Shown piece after piece: positions 1-9,214 of a stretch of 64,000 nucleotides of DNA. The stretch is taken from positions 1 through 64,000 of IMG/VR virus record IMGVR_UViG_3300028840_008180. One strand, given 5' to 3'. The DNA is from a virus. The position numbers and the translations under genes were made by a program. The notes beneath the pieces were generated by a model. The model saw nothing but the letters and a program-made list of their open reading frames with translations, searched no databases and was not told the DNA's origin. Every line of letters starts with the position of its first letter. Position 1 is the stretch's first letter.

Positions 1-2
1 AC

Positions 3-542
3 TTACATTCCCATCTTATCGTTGGTAGATGGTTGAATATCCTTTTTCATTTGGTACTTCTGTGTTGGTCGCATGGAACCCTTTGTCGGCCCTGTCTTTC
101 CTTTTACCGGCTTGAGACCGCCTACGTGATGTGGTGGTTCTTCACGCACCTTTTCTAGCTTCTGGGAGAGTGACTTGAATATCTCAGCCGCAGAGTCACC
201 ATCACACTTCTCACTGGAGTCCTGAATCGTTACAGTATCTCTGTCCTTGTTGTAGAAGCCTTTTGATATGATGAAGCAGTCCATGCGTGAGTGATACGAA
301 ATGACGTACACCCATTCACCATCAACCCAGTTTTTCGTCGAGACGATGATCCTTATGGGTTCTTGGTCAAAGACTTTCTTCGTGTGATAACCCCTTTGTT
401 TGACGGCGGCACTGATGTATGTCAGAACGAGTTTTGCAAACCCTTCCTTCATTTCCTTGGCTGTTGTGCGATAGTTGACCTCGACACTATATCTTGTCGT
501 GGCCTCAGACAGCATTGCGGATTCTACGTCATAGAAATTCAT
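3..542 (-). CDS. hypothetical phage protein
   Basis: 179 aa ORF starting 2 nt after the neck gene stop. Confidence 0.7.
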   Translation of the reverse strand: MNFYDVESAMLSEATTRYSVEVNYRTTAKEMKEGFAKLVLTYISAAVKQRGYHTKKVFDQEPIRIIVSTKNWVDGEWVYVISYHSRMDCFIISKGFYNKDRDTVTIQDSSEKCDGDSAAEIFKSLSQKLEKVREEPPHHVGGLKPVKGKTGPTKGSMRPTQKYQMKKDIQPSTNDKMGM

Positions 543-544
543 TC

Positions 545-1501
545 TTACCCCACGATTATCGGTAGTATGTCACCGTACCTAGTTAGGAGTCTTTCCTCCC
601 AATTATCACGATCTGTGATCCCACGTTGCATAATATCCTGGCCATTTAACACGGTTCCACCAGAAGCACCTGGGATATTCTGATATTTGGATCGAATCTC
701 ACCCACCATGATCATGGCGTAAGCTAGCGCACCTTCACGAAGTGCTTGATAATTCTTCTGCCAGTCTTTGCACTTCTGGAGGTATCTGACGATAACATAC
801 TGTGGTCGACACGGTACGGGGTAGAGTTTCACATTGTTGTAACCGCCGATCCATTCCCAACCACCTAAGTTTGAGGACACACGGCTATACATTTGCTCGT
901 ACTGTTTGTAAAGTACCCACTCCCCCATGCGGCCCCAAATTGGCTGGATAGGATCAATGAGACCACCCTGAATTGAACTGTAAGCACCCCCTGGATAAAA
1001 GTATTCAATAGGAATGGCTCCGTCGAGGTCTGATGCCTGAAAAGCGTATTGTGCCATCTCTTTGTAGTGGATGGACCGAATGTGTCCCACGTCTGGCGGC
1101 ATCTCGTAAACGCTTCTACCAGGGATGGTCTGGAACGTGTAGTACTCATAGAACTCTGCCGGGGCGTAATCTTCCCAAACATCAAGCGCCTCTTCAATGG
1201 CAAGGTCTAGCTGTTGTTCATCCAGTTCAATATCGAGAACTGGGGCACCTAGTTTGAGTAGGATATAGTCGTGAAGCTGCTGTCTCACGTTTTCCCGATT
1301 TGGACGTGGCCCGATACCCTCTGCGGTACATTGCACCGGTTTCAGGTCGACACAGCCACCTACTGTGCCCGTGCTGCCGACCACGGTGGCCGAGGCACTG
1401 CTGGGAGCACAAGTTCCGCCTGCGCTTGTGGCACAAGCTGCTGAGGATGAGTTGACTGGTCCTATGACCAAACGGGTTGTTGGTGTGCATGAATTACTCA
1501 T
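545..1501 (-). CDS. neck protein, T4 gp13-like
   Basis: DYILLKLGAPVLDIELDEQQLDLAIEEAL motif; C-terminal GEIRSKYQNIPGASGGTVLNG, as in gp13. Confidence 0.85.
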   Translation of the reverse strand: MSNSCTPTTRLVIGPVNSSSAACATSAGGTCAPSSASATVVGSTGTVGGCVDLKPVQCTAEGIGPRPNRENVRQQLHDYILLKLGAPVLDIELDEQQLDLAIEEALDVWEDYAPAEFYEYYTFQTIPGRSVYEMPPDVGHIRSIHYKEMAQYAFQASDLDGAIPIEYFYPGGAYSSIQGGLIDPIQPIWGRMGEWVLYKQYEQMYSRVSSNLGGWEWIGGYNNVKLYPVPCRPQYVIVRYLQKCKDWQKNYQALREGALAYAMIMVGEIRSKYQNIPGASGGTVLNGQDIMQRGITDRDNWEERLLTRYGDILPIIVG

Positions 1502-1624
1502 AGTATTGGTATATAGCTTTTACAGTGACGCTTTCGGATAAATGCCCGTGTGGAGGCTTTGTATCTACAACTTATTTTGAACGTGCTCTAATAAATACTC
1601 AAAAGCACCGCAAGAGAGGAACTC

Positions 1625-4516
1625 ATGAAGAACTTCTGGACGTTTTACACGATGAATGAGACCATCAGGCGAACCTACGAGCAGATGGACTATTGCCTTC
1701 GACAAACACCGAACCGTGAACTACGGTTATTGATAGAGCAGGGATTGTTTGAGGCAGAAAGACCTGAAGAGAAGGAGATTCGTGTTCGTGGCACTACCCG
1801 AAAAACTCCTGAAGCTGAGTTGGAGCTTGTGTCCCAGGAGCGGCATGCAAGGAATGAACAGTGGGCCGCATGGTTGAGTTTGGCAGGAGCGCTTTATGAG
1901 CAGTGGCGGGAGAAAATTAAGCCACAGTGGGAAGAGAAAATTCGAGAGTGGGAAAGCCCAAGTTCGGGCATTGATGCGATGAAGGCCGATCTTGAAGCTT
2001 CACGGGATGAGATGAACAAAAAGCAAATCGCAAAAGCAGATAGGGCAATTCGTGAGGCAGAGCGGGATTTGGTGGCGTTCAAAGACACTATCGAGAGATT
2101 TTCCGATCCGCACAGAGCGATGATGTTAATCATGTCGAAAGTGGACCCAGCAACCAAGAGGAAAGTGCCCAAGTTTCTACTGGAATTGGGTAGACCGCAC
2201 CTGAAGGCAGAAGATGTCTACAAGTTCTTGACGGACAAAGGGGTGAAGATTCCTGGGGAATCTCCGGAAGATCAGGTCAAGAGTCTTGATCAGTTAAAGA
2301 TGCAACACACAAGGACATTAGGCTACCCGTCCACCGAGAAGGAACGGGCAGAAACCGGTGAGGCACCTTATTTCCAAGACGAGCCGGGTCAAGTAGAGAT
2401 TCAGGCTAAGCTCGCCGACCATGAGCGATATATCGCTAGCATGTATGAGGAGCTTGGTAAGAATCGTGACCCCGAGGAAGTACGACAGGAGATGCGTGAG
2501 CAAGGAATTGATATCCTGCCCGACGAAAGGATGGTAAAGGAGTACGGTGTCATCAAGTTGCAGGGGATAGCAGATAAGGTGCTTAGGGGGGAAGCTCTCG
2601 ATACTGAGGAGCGGGCTATCTATCAAGCGTGGCAGGATGTTCACCAAAGTGCAGGTGCGCCCGAAGGCGTAAGGCACAAGGCTGCGCTAGAGTACATGAA
2701 GCGTGCCGCAGCACAGATTCTGAAAGGTCGTACCTATCCGGTAGAAAAGGGGCGACTCGAAGAGTTGATGGCTATCATTCCCCACTTAGGAACAGACCCC
2801 AAGAATATCAAGGCGAAAAGAGACGCAGGCAAAACTCTTGAAGATTACGAACAGCGAGCCCTAACGGTTTATGAGAAATTGGAGAAGGCCGCTGCGATAG
2901 CTGATGAGGCTAAAGATAATCCAGAATTGGCTAGTGAGCAGGAAATACTGCTGAGTAATCGAGGCCAAGACCCCGGTGCGGCAATCCTAATAGCTAAGTG
3001 GCCGTTGTATGTCGGGTGGGGAACCGAAGAGGGGGGAGACGCTTGGGAAGCTGGTGGCGAAGAGTTTGGGCGAATGGAAACGGGTAGTCGAGAAGTTCGC
3101 AAAGAAATGCAAGTTATCGATAGACTGGAGTACGGTAGCCAATTAAGCCCAGAGGATCAAGTAGTTTGGGAAAAGTTGAAAGCACGGGTCCAAGCTAAAC
3201 TGACTGCTGGTCAGGAGTTGGTACCGTATGAGCAACGGGTGCAAGCTCTTATAGCACAAGAGCAGCAGCCCGCCGCAGTTGAGCACAATCTCTACGAGGA
3301 GACAGAAGAGGAAGACCAATGGGCTACCCCGGTATACAAATTGATGGATGTGGTCAGTGCGTATGACAAACTCGCAGATCAAGGTGTTCAGGTCATTAGT
3401 CAGGAAGAGGCAGAAAGAGCTTATCTCAAGACTGTTCGCCAGCATATGGAAAGTGGTCAAATTTTTGAGCCTGCTGACGATTGGCAGGACCCAGCATCGG
3501 CGGCTGGTAAAAGCGTTAGAGATGCTATTAAGCGATGGGGCCGTGAATCTGAGAAGTGGGCCGAAGGCGAGATGGTTGGGAAACGGGCAGGCATAGCCAA
3601 GCTAGGCATTTTTGCCGGTGAGGAGTTGATGGAGCCGTTCCTGTATACACCCGAAGCTGAGCCCGACCAAAATATTATCGATAGGTACAAAGACCCCGAA
3701 ACAGGTAAGGAGTTATGGACGGATGAGGTCTTGTTGCCGGTATGCCGACAGGCGGTGAGCTTGATGGTGGATCGAATTGAACAGCTTGGGCCATATGAAT
3801 TGCGAGGCACACGTATGCCATTCCCAGGTGTAAACCTTTGCCCAAGGAGTCAGTCAACAACCGATCCGGTGAAAAAGAAGGAGTTCCAACGCAAATACGG
3901 TAGCTATTGTAGAGATCGTGGCAGAGATATCGCCGATGGCTACTGTGGAGGTCATCCCAACTCTGGTGCAATGCGAATAGTCGAAATCATGCTAGCTCCT
4001 TACGATTGGCCTACACTTATCGAGCGTGTGGCGGGGAGTTGGCCGAATATTGAGAGAGCAACCCTGTTAAGGTACACGGGTGCTGAGAAATGGGCCGGGC
4101 CTGAAGGTGAAGGTGTCAGAACGGGAACCGCCCGTTGGTTGGTCTGGCGTGAGATTTACAACATGACAAGAGGTCTCCAAACTCAGTCAGAAATCAATCG
4201 AGAGCTATACCGGGCTGCGCAACAAAATGTCGCACCAGAACTAACGGAAGAACAACAGCAATTCCAAAGTGAGGTCGATGCACTCTACGCAAGAGACTAT
4301 GAAGACATGGACCTAGAAATGTATATGGAAATCGTAGAAAAAGTCAAGGCTGGTGAGTTGGGTGAAATCAGTCCTATCGAGAAGGCTTGCTTACTCAGGA
4401 AGACTTACGAATTAGGTTTAGGCCCCGATCAAGACCCCGAAGAGGAAGCGGAGGCGGAAGCTGGTGCCGAGGCCGAAGCGAGTGCTGCTGTATCACCAGA
4501 AGTTGAGCCCGAATAA
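1625..4516 (+). CDS. large acidic helical protein, possibly a virion/internal protein
   Basis: 963 aa; SD GAGGA; TAATAAATA upstream (~1589); no recognisable domain. Confidence 0.7.
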   Translation: MKNFWTFYTMNETIRRTYEQMDYCLRQTPNRELRLLIEQGLFEAERPEEKEIRVRGTTRKTPEAELELVSQERHARNEQWAAWLSLAGALYEQWREKIKPQWEEKIREWESPSSGIDAMKADLEASRDEMNKKQIAKADRAIREAERDLVAFKDTIERFSDPHRAMMLIMSKVDPATKRKVPKFLLELGRPHLKAEDVYKFLTDKGVKIPGESPEDQVKSLDQLKMQHTRTLGYPSTEKERAETGEAPYFQDEPGQVEIQAKLADHERYIASMYEELGKNRDPEEVRQEMREQGIDILPDERMVKEYGVIKLQGIADKVLRGEALDTEERAIYQAWQDVHQSAGAPEGVRHKAALEYMKRAAAQILKGRTYPVEKGRLEELMAIIPHLGTDPKNIKAKRDAGKTLEDYEQRALTVYEKLEKAAAIADEAKDNPELASEQEILLSNRGQDPGAAILIAKWPLYVGWGTEEGGDAWEAGGEEFGRMETGSREVRKEMQVIDRLEYGSQLSPEDQVVWEKLKARVQAKLTAGQELVPYEQRVQALIAQEQQPAAVEHNLYEETEEEDQWATPVYKLMDVVSAYDKLADQGVQVISQEEAERAYLKTVRQHMESGQIFEPADDWQDPASAAGKSVRDAIKRWGRESEKWAEGEMVGKRAGIAKLGIFAGEELMEPFLYTPEAEPDQNIIDRYKDPETGKELWTDEVLLPVCRQAVSLMVDRIEQLGPYELRGTRMPFPGVNLCPRSQSTTDPVKKKEFQRKYGSYCRDRGRDIADGYCGGHPNSGAMRIVEIMLAPYDWPTLIERVAGSWPNIERATLLRYTGAEKWAGPEGEGVRTGTARWLVWREIYNMTRGLQTQSEINRELYRAAQQNVAPELTEEQQQFQSEVDALYARDYEDMDLEMYMEIVEKVKAGELGEISPIEKACLLRKTYELGLGPDQDPEEEAEAEAGAEAEASAAVSPEVEPE

Positions 4517-4527
4517 GGAGCTAACGG

Positions 4528-4800
4528 ATGTTTACCTTCAAAGAATTTCTGAAGGATCGAGACATTGGTCTCTATAATGAGGTAGAGCAACCTAATGGGG
4601 CACCTATGGATGCAGCAGCACCGCTCGAAGCACAGACTGATGGGCTGAGCGTTGATGAGTTGATAGAGCTAGCAAGACAAGCCAACGTTGGGGAGCGGTC
4701 CTTAGGCCCCGAAGAACAGCTTGCCATCGTCCGCTCACTCATGAAGAAACAGCCTGACCTAGTGAAGGGCGGCATCCAATACCTCCAACAAGCCGTTTGA
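4528..4800 (+). CDS. small protein with capsid-targeting-like N-terminus
   Basis: Starts MFTFKEFLKD; SD AAGGAG. Confidence 0.65.
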   Translation: MFTFKEFLKDRDIGLYNEVEQPNGAPMDAAAPLEAQTDGLSVDELIELARQANVGERSLGPEEQLAIVRSLMKKQPDLVKGGIQYLQQAV

Positions 4801-4801
4801 T

Positions 4802-5056
4802 ATGCAGTTACCCCAAAACTTCAATCCGCACGCTATCGCTATCAAGAAATATCTGGTGCAAACACTACCAGATAAGTGCAATAACCAAACGATGGACATG
4901 ATCGACCGGATTGCCCATATTCTGGTCACGAAAAGAGATATGGAGACGTTCATCAAATTGATAGCCGACCTTTACCAAGGTGGCTATACTAAGGCGATTG
5001 AAGTGACTTCAGAAAAACTTGAGCAACAGGGTATCAAACTCAAGTTTGCTAAGTAG
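4802..5056 (+). CDS. hypothetical protein
   Basis: 84 aa, coupled to the previous ORF. Confidence 0.6.
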   Translation: MQLPQNFNPHAIAIKKYLVQTLPDKCNNQTMDMIDRIAHILVTKRDMETFIKLIADLYQGGYTKAIEVTSEKLEQQGIKLKFAK

Positions 5057-5690
5057 TGGCGGTAAAATCTGGTTTGAGTCGTGAGGGAACACAAGTAAAC
5101 AAGAAGCCGTCGCCAGAAGGGTCATCGTCTAACTGCTGAACCTCCCACCACCGTCGTTCCTCAGGGCTAAAAATGATGGACCTGTTGGTAATGACACTCA
5201 CGCTTGACCAGAAAAGCATCCTGAGGTCTCCCGTTGCCACAACTGTGCCCCAAAAGCTAAATGGCTGTTGATAGGACATCCTGGTGATGTCCTGATCGTA
5301 CAGCCTATCTCTTGTGGTGGTTTGTTTGGCCGGGAGGCAGTATAGTTTCACCTTTGTCTCTGATCGGTGGCGACTCGGGTTCTCCATCACCGGCTCTTTT
5401 GGTGCCGGTGGTGGTGTTGGTGTTGGTACTGGTGGCATGTCTGTGGGTTCGGTGGTAATCACACCCACCTCCTCGACGGAAACCGTCGAGGAGGTGGGTG
5501 GTGCAACCTCTTCAGCCGGTGGTGGGGGTGTTTCTACGATTTCTTCTGTGCCTAGGATGACCTTCTCCAAGTTATCGAGATTGTGGATGACGACCTTTTC
5601 GTCATCGTCAAGCCAGAACTCCTGTTCAATGAGGAGCTTGTTTGGCCCTCGGAGTCTGTAAATGGAGCCGTCTTTTCTTCTGATGACCAT
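5049..5690 (-). CDS. diverged gp14-like neck paralogue with Pro-rich linker
   Basis: Shares MVI..DGS.Y start and S.IFSP....WEV motif with 6440..6991. Confidence 0.55.
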   Translation of the reverse strand: MVIRRKDGSIYRLRGPNKLLIEQEFWLDDDEKVVIHNLDNLEKVILGTEEIVETPPPPAEEVAPPTSSTVSVEEVGVITTEPTDMPPVPTPTPPPAPKEPVMENPSRHRSETKVKLYCLPAKQTTTRDRLYDQDITRMSYQQPFSFWGTVVATGDLRMLFWSSVSVITNRSIIFSPEERRWWEVQQLDDDPSGDGFLFTCVPSRLKPDFTATT

Positions 5691-5751
5691 TTTTTCTCCC
5701 TATGTAACTGTATATATTAGACGATCAAACCTAAAGAAACGGAAGAGAACT

Positions 5752-6156
5752 ATGGCTATTGTTGCCCCGAATGTTGGAGAGGTCCTTCTGCTGAAGTACA
5801 TGCTAAACCACACAGCAGCAACCGATGTCGTATTACGGCTCTATACATCAAACATTACGCCTGCTGAAAGTGATACGATAGGTACATATTCAGGTGACGA
5901 ACCTTCGGATATCGCCTATACTCCAGCAACGCTAACCGGGACGAGTTGGACGGTTGCTACGGTTTCGGGCACGACATCAGCAACTTACGCAGAACGGTTC
6001 TTCAGCTTCTCAACTAGTGCCTCTTCATACGGCTACTTTGTAACAGATAATAGTGGTAGTAGCTTACTTTGGGCTGAGCGATTTGACGCCGCTCCATTCA
6101 ATATTCCTAGTGGGGGTGGTGAGATCGCTATCATCCCGAAAATTGAGCTATCGTAA
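5752..6156 (+). CDS. virion structural (fibre/decoration-like) protein
   Basis: Start MAIVAPNVGE; paralogue of 54078..54500 (YGYF..., LWAER motifs). Confidence 0.6.
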   Translation: MAIVAPNVGEVLLLKYMLNHTAATDVVLRLYTSNITPAESDTIGTYSGDEPSDIAYTPATLTGTSWTVATVSGTTSATYAERFFSFSTSASSYGYFVTDNSGSSLLWAERFDAAPFNIPSGGGEIAIIPKIELS

Positions 6157-6209
6157 CTGGCGTTTGTCAGGTACAATGACTATGGTTTCTGTCATAAAGG
6201 GACATTGTT

Positions 6210-6428
6210 ATGCCTTGTTACCGTTGTTTTCGATACTACGACCATTGGTGTAGCTTGGAGAAGAAGGCGGAAGGGGGTCCGTGGTGGGTGTGCCTTGATG
6301 GTTCGATGACTCTCATTACGCCATCAGACAGAGAAGCTGACGAGAAGTACGAGGAGCTTGTGAGGGAGCTTCATAAACTCAAGGAAAAGGAGAGGCCAGA
6401 AGAGGACGATTTCATTGTGATACCCTAA
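6210..6428 (+). CDS. small Cys-containing hypothetical protein
   Basis: 72 aa, N-terminal CxxC. Confidence 0.45.
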   Translation: MPCYRCFRYYDHWCSLEKKAEGGPWWVCLDGSMTLITPSDREADEKYEELVRELHKLKEKERPEEDDFIVIP

Positions 6429-6439
6429 ATACTACTGTT

Positions 6440-6991
6440 ATGGTTATTCACAACTGTGATGGATCGGTATACAAGCCCAGTGGTAGCTTGGCACAACTTA
6501 ATCCTGATAGTCCTTCGCACGAACTCTTTCAGAAATGGGATGCAGAAACAATCAGGTTAGGTGGTTCTCCGCTACTGTACTACGAACTGTTCATTCCATC
6601 TTCATCTATTGACCCCATCTATCTCGAAAGTCGGGGGAAGATGTGGTCCCAGCACCCAACGCAAATCTATGCAATCTATGATCCCGTGCAAAGCACATTT
6701 GATGTGGGTCCTTTTGGTGCTGATGGTCCTGATGACATCACATTTTACACCAACTACAAAGAAACCCTTGATGCTCTAGGTCACCTTCCAGTCATCGGAT
6801 CGAGGATTTTCTCTCCTCACCTTCGTGAAAACTGGGAAGTCATCAACCGTAAGTTGAACGATTTCCATCGGTGGAAAGTTTACCGATGTGAGATTTACTG
6901 TCGTCGGTTCCAAGAGAACCTCACAACTGGTGAGGGTCAAGTTACACAGAACATACCGCCGAATCCGCAACCCGACTTTAAGATTGATTGA
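6440..6991 (+). CDS. neck/head closure protein, T4 gp14-like
   Basis: ETIRLGGSPLLYY...DPIYLE pattern; lies between gp13 and gp15. Confidence 0.7.
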   Translation: MVIHNCDGSVYKPSGSLAQLNPDSPSHELFQKWDAETIRLGGSPLLYYELFIPSSSIDPIYLESRGKMWSQHPTQIYAIYDPVQSTFDVGPFGADGPDDITFYTNYKETLDALGHLPVIGSRIFSPHLRENWEVINRKLNDFHRWKVYRCEIYCRRFQENLTTGEGQVTQNIPPNPQPDFKID

Positions 6992-7165
6992 TGTCATCTT
7001 CGGAGCGGTACAACTTAGGGATTGGGTGTAGGTCCGTAAAGAATACTTGAAGGCGTGGCGTGGCTCGCTCGAATGCTTGGATTATGGTAATCGCATACTG
7101 TGGCCTTACCCTTATTTCTTGGCCAGCGAGTTGTACATTGCCCTCTCTTGGTATTCGGTAGAGTT

Positions 7166-7834
7166 TCATTTCCAGAACAATCGGGGTTTGGGTTTCTTAC
7201 TAGGTTTCACCTCATCAGGTAACTTGCCAGCCCTCTTCATGTAGAGAAGTCTTTCGTATAAGTTTGTTTGCTCACTATAGCCTTCAACATGCGTTCTTCG
7301 TGTTACGAACTCATCTTTGTGGGTTTCAACGAATTGCCTAGCTTCGCCTCTTCTTTCCTCTTCTGATTTGAGCATCTTCTTCACCTCGCAGTCCTTCCTG
7401 GGAATTGCTATTGCTTGGGCGAATGGTTTGTCTTTGTGGAAGGTGCAGTCGTTGCAGAAGAACACGACCTTAATTTCGCCGGGCCACCAGTCGACTTCGA
7501 TGAGTTGTGGAACTGCTACCGGTGGCATTTCTATCTCATTCGACACTATATAGGACGTGTAGTGTGGAAAGATGAATAGGCTATGGTTTTCCTGAACACT
7601 GATGTGTGACGGAAAATTGACAGCGAAGAGTTCCTTGGACAGCCATTCCACAGAACAATCCTTTGGCTCCTCTGAGGTATCCCAGTCAGAATACGGCCAA
7701 ACGAACTCTGCGCCCAGCGAGTTAGCATCGTAAAACTGCTTGAATTGCCACAGTTGTGGATCGGAACCTACCTTTGCGAAATCGTCATCAAAGTTAAGCT
7801 CCCTAATCAACCCGTCGTTGCTATGAATTAGCAT
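7166..7834 (-). CDS. hypothetical protein
   Basis: 222 aa; SD GGAGG. Confidence 0.65.
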   Translation of the reverse strand: MLIHSNDGLIRELNFDDDFAKVGSDPQLWQFKQFYDANSLGAEFVWPYSDWDTSEEPKDCSVEWLSKELFAVNFPSHISVQENHSLFIFPHYTSYIVSNEIEMPPVAVPQLIEVDWWPGEIKVVFFCNDCTFHKDKPFAQAIAIPRKDCEVKKMLKSEEERRGEARQFVETHKDEFVTRRTHVEGYSEQTNLYERLLYMKRAGKLPDEVKPSKKPKPRLFWK

Positions 7835-7926
7835 TTAGCCTCCGAACTACTCAGTTTTGAAGAAGAGTTTCATATCTAAGATGTTGCAGATACAAAGCCT
7901 CTACACGGGCATTGTATTAAAGGAGA

Positions 7927-8985
7927 ATGATGACTAAGAAAAGTCTACACGAGTGCGCTGAACCTAGTCAGCCGCTCCCGAGGTCTCCTAAGGACCCCCC
8001 AGTTCAAAACTGTCCGCCTAATGAAGCTAAGTTTCAGGAGTGCGATGGTATAGAGAATCTCTATAATGCACCCAGTGCCAACTTTTCTGGCATCGATGAA
8101 GACCTGACCTACAAAAGGGAGGGCTTGGGCGAGCCCAACTATTGTGATCCCATGCTCGCTGGGAAGATCGTCGATGACCAAGATGACGCCGAATTACCGC
8201 CTGATAGATCGGTGATCTATCGGTACGCTCAAGGTTTCCGGAGCATCGATGAGGCTGTCAAAAAGTTGATGATGCACTTGAATGTGATCGACGATAACGG
8301 AAAGGTCTTCACTGTCCCTGTAGTTTGGGGGAGTCAAGACGCTGCTGTTGACTTCATCTTGCAATCTAATGTGAGAAAGGACAACACCGCCGTTACGGAT
8401 AGGGTCATGCTTCCGGCGATCTCAGTTTACACGTCTTCTTACAACTTTCCCGCCGAGCGGTTCATCTACCACATGGCCCTCGATTACAAGCGAGGGGCCT
8501 CATTAACGGACAACAGGGGAAACCCTGTTGGTAACAGATTTGGTTCGCCGACTTTGGTTCACCAAGAGAAATGGAACCGTGACACCGTGTTAGGTCTCGC
8601 TAGGGGTATCCCTGTGGATTTGGGTTATACGGTTACGATCTGGACACTGTACTGGGAGGACATGAACCAGATACTAGAGCAAATCGCTATGAAATTCAAT
8701 CCGCTAGCGTATATACGGGTACAAGGTGTGACCAACTGGGAGAGCACTGTACGGATTGAGTCAGTCAGTAATAATTTGGACATTGAAGTAGGTGACACTA
8801 ATAAGAGAATCTTCAAATTTCAAATTGATTTGACTGCTGAATCGTATATCCCACAGCCCATCGTTAGGCGAAAGGCTGTGCTTAAAACGAAGGTCGAATT
8901 TACGGATAGCGTTGATATTGATGACTCTGAAATTGAACGGGTCATCTCCAGAATTGAAGAAGCTGTAGGAGAGTTAGAAACATGA
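7927..8985 (+). CDS. tail terminator/sheath stabiliser, T4 gp15-like
   Basis: VPVVWG, LPAIS, IPVDLGYTVTIWT...DMNQILEQI...FNP motifs; upstream of the sheath gene. Confidence 0.75.
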   Translation: MMTKKSLHECAEPSQPLPRSPKDPPVQNCPPNEAKFQECDGIENLYNAPSANFSGIDEDLTYKREGLGEPNYCDPMLAGKIVDDQDDAELPPDRSVIYRYAQGFRSIDEAVKKLMMHLNVIDDNGKVFTVPVVWGSQDAAVDFILQSNVRKDNTAVTDRVMLPAISVYTSSYNFPAERFIYHMALDYKRGASLTDNRGNPVGNRFGSPTLVHQEKWNRDTVLGLARGIPVDLGYTVTIWTLYWEDMNQILEQIAMKFNPLAYIRVQGVTNWESTVRIESVSNNLDIEVGDTNKRIFKFQIDLTAESYIPQPIVRRKAVLKTKVEFTDSVDIDDSEIERVISRIEEAVGELET

Positions 8986-9212
8986 TGCAAATTCGTAACA
9001 GACACAAGGGTCCGACACAGTTAGTGGTGAGATCGTTCTCAGAGCGGCGTGAGCATGCTAGAGCCTTCACAACACTTAACATCCCAGGAAACACAACTAT
9101 TACGCTTCCAGATGAGCGAATAGTTACTGAATACTTAGAAAGAAGCAAGAAATGGGGATTGCTTTCGACTAAATACATTCCGGATAACGAGGTGCAAAAA
9201 GAGGAGAAATAA
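8982..9212 (+). CDS. small pre-sheath protein
   Basis: 76 aa, ATGA overlap with gp15. Confidence 0.6.
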   Translation: MMQIRNRHKGPTQLVVRSFSERREHARAFTTLNIPGNTTITLPDERIVTEYLERSKKWGLLSTKYIPDNEVQKEEK

Positions 9213-9214
9213 GC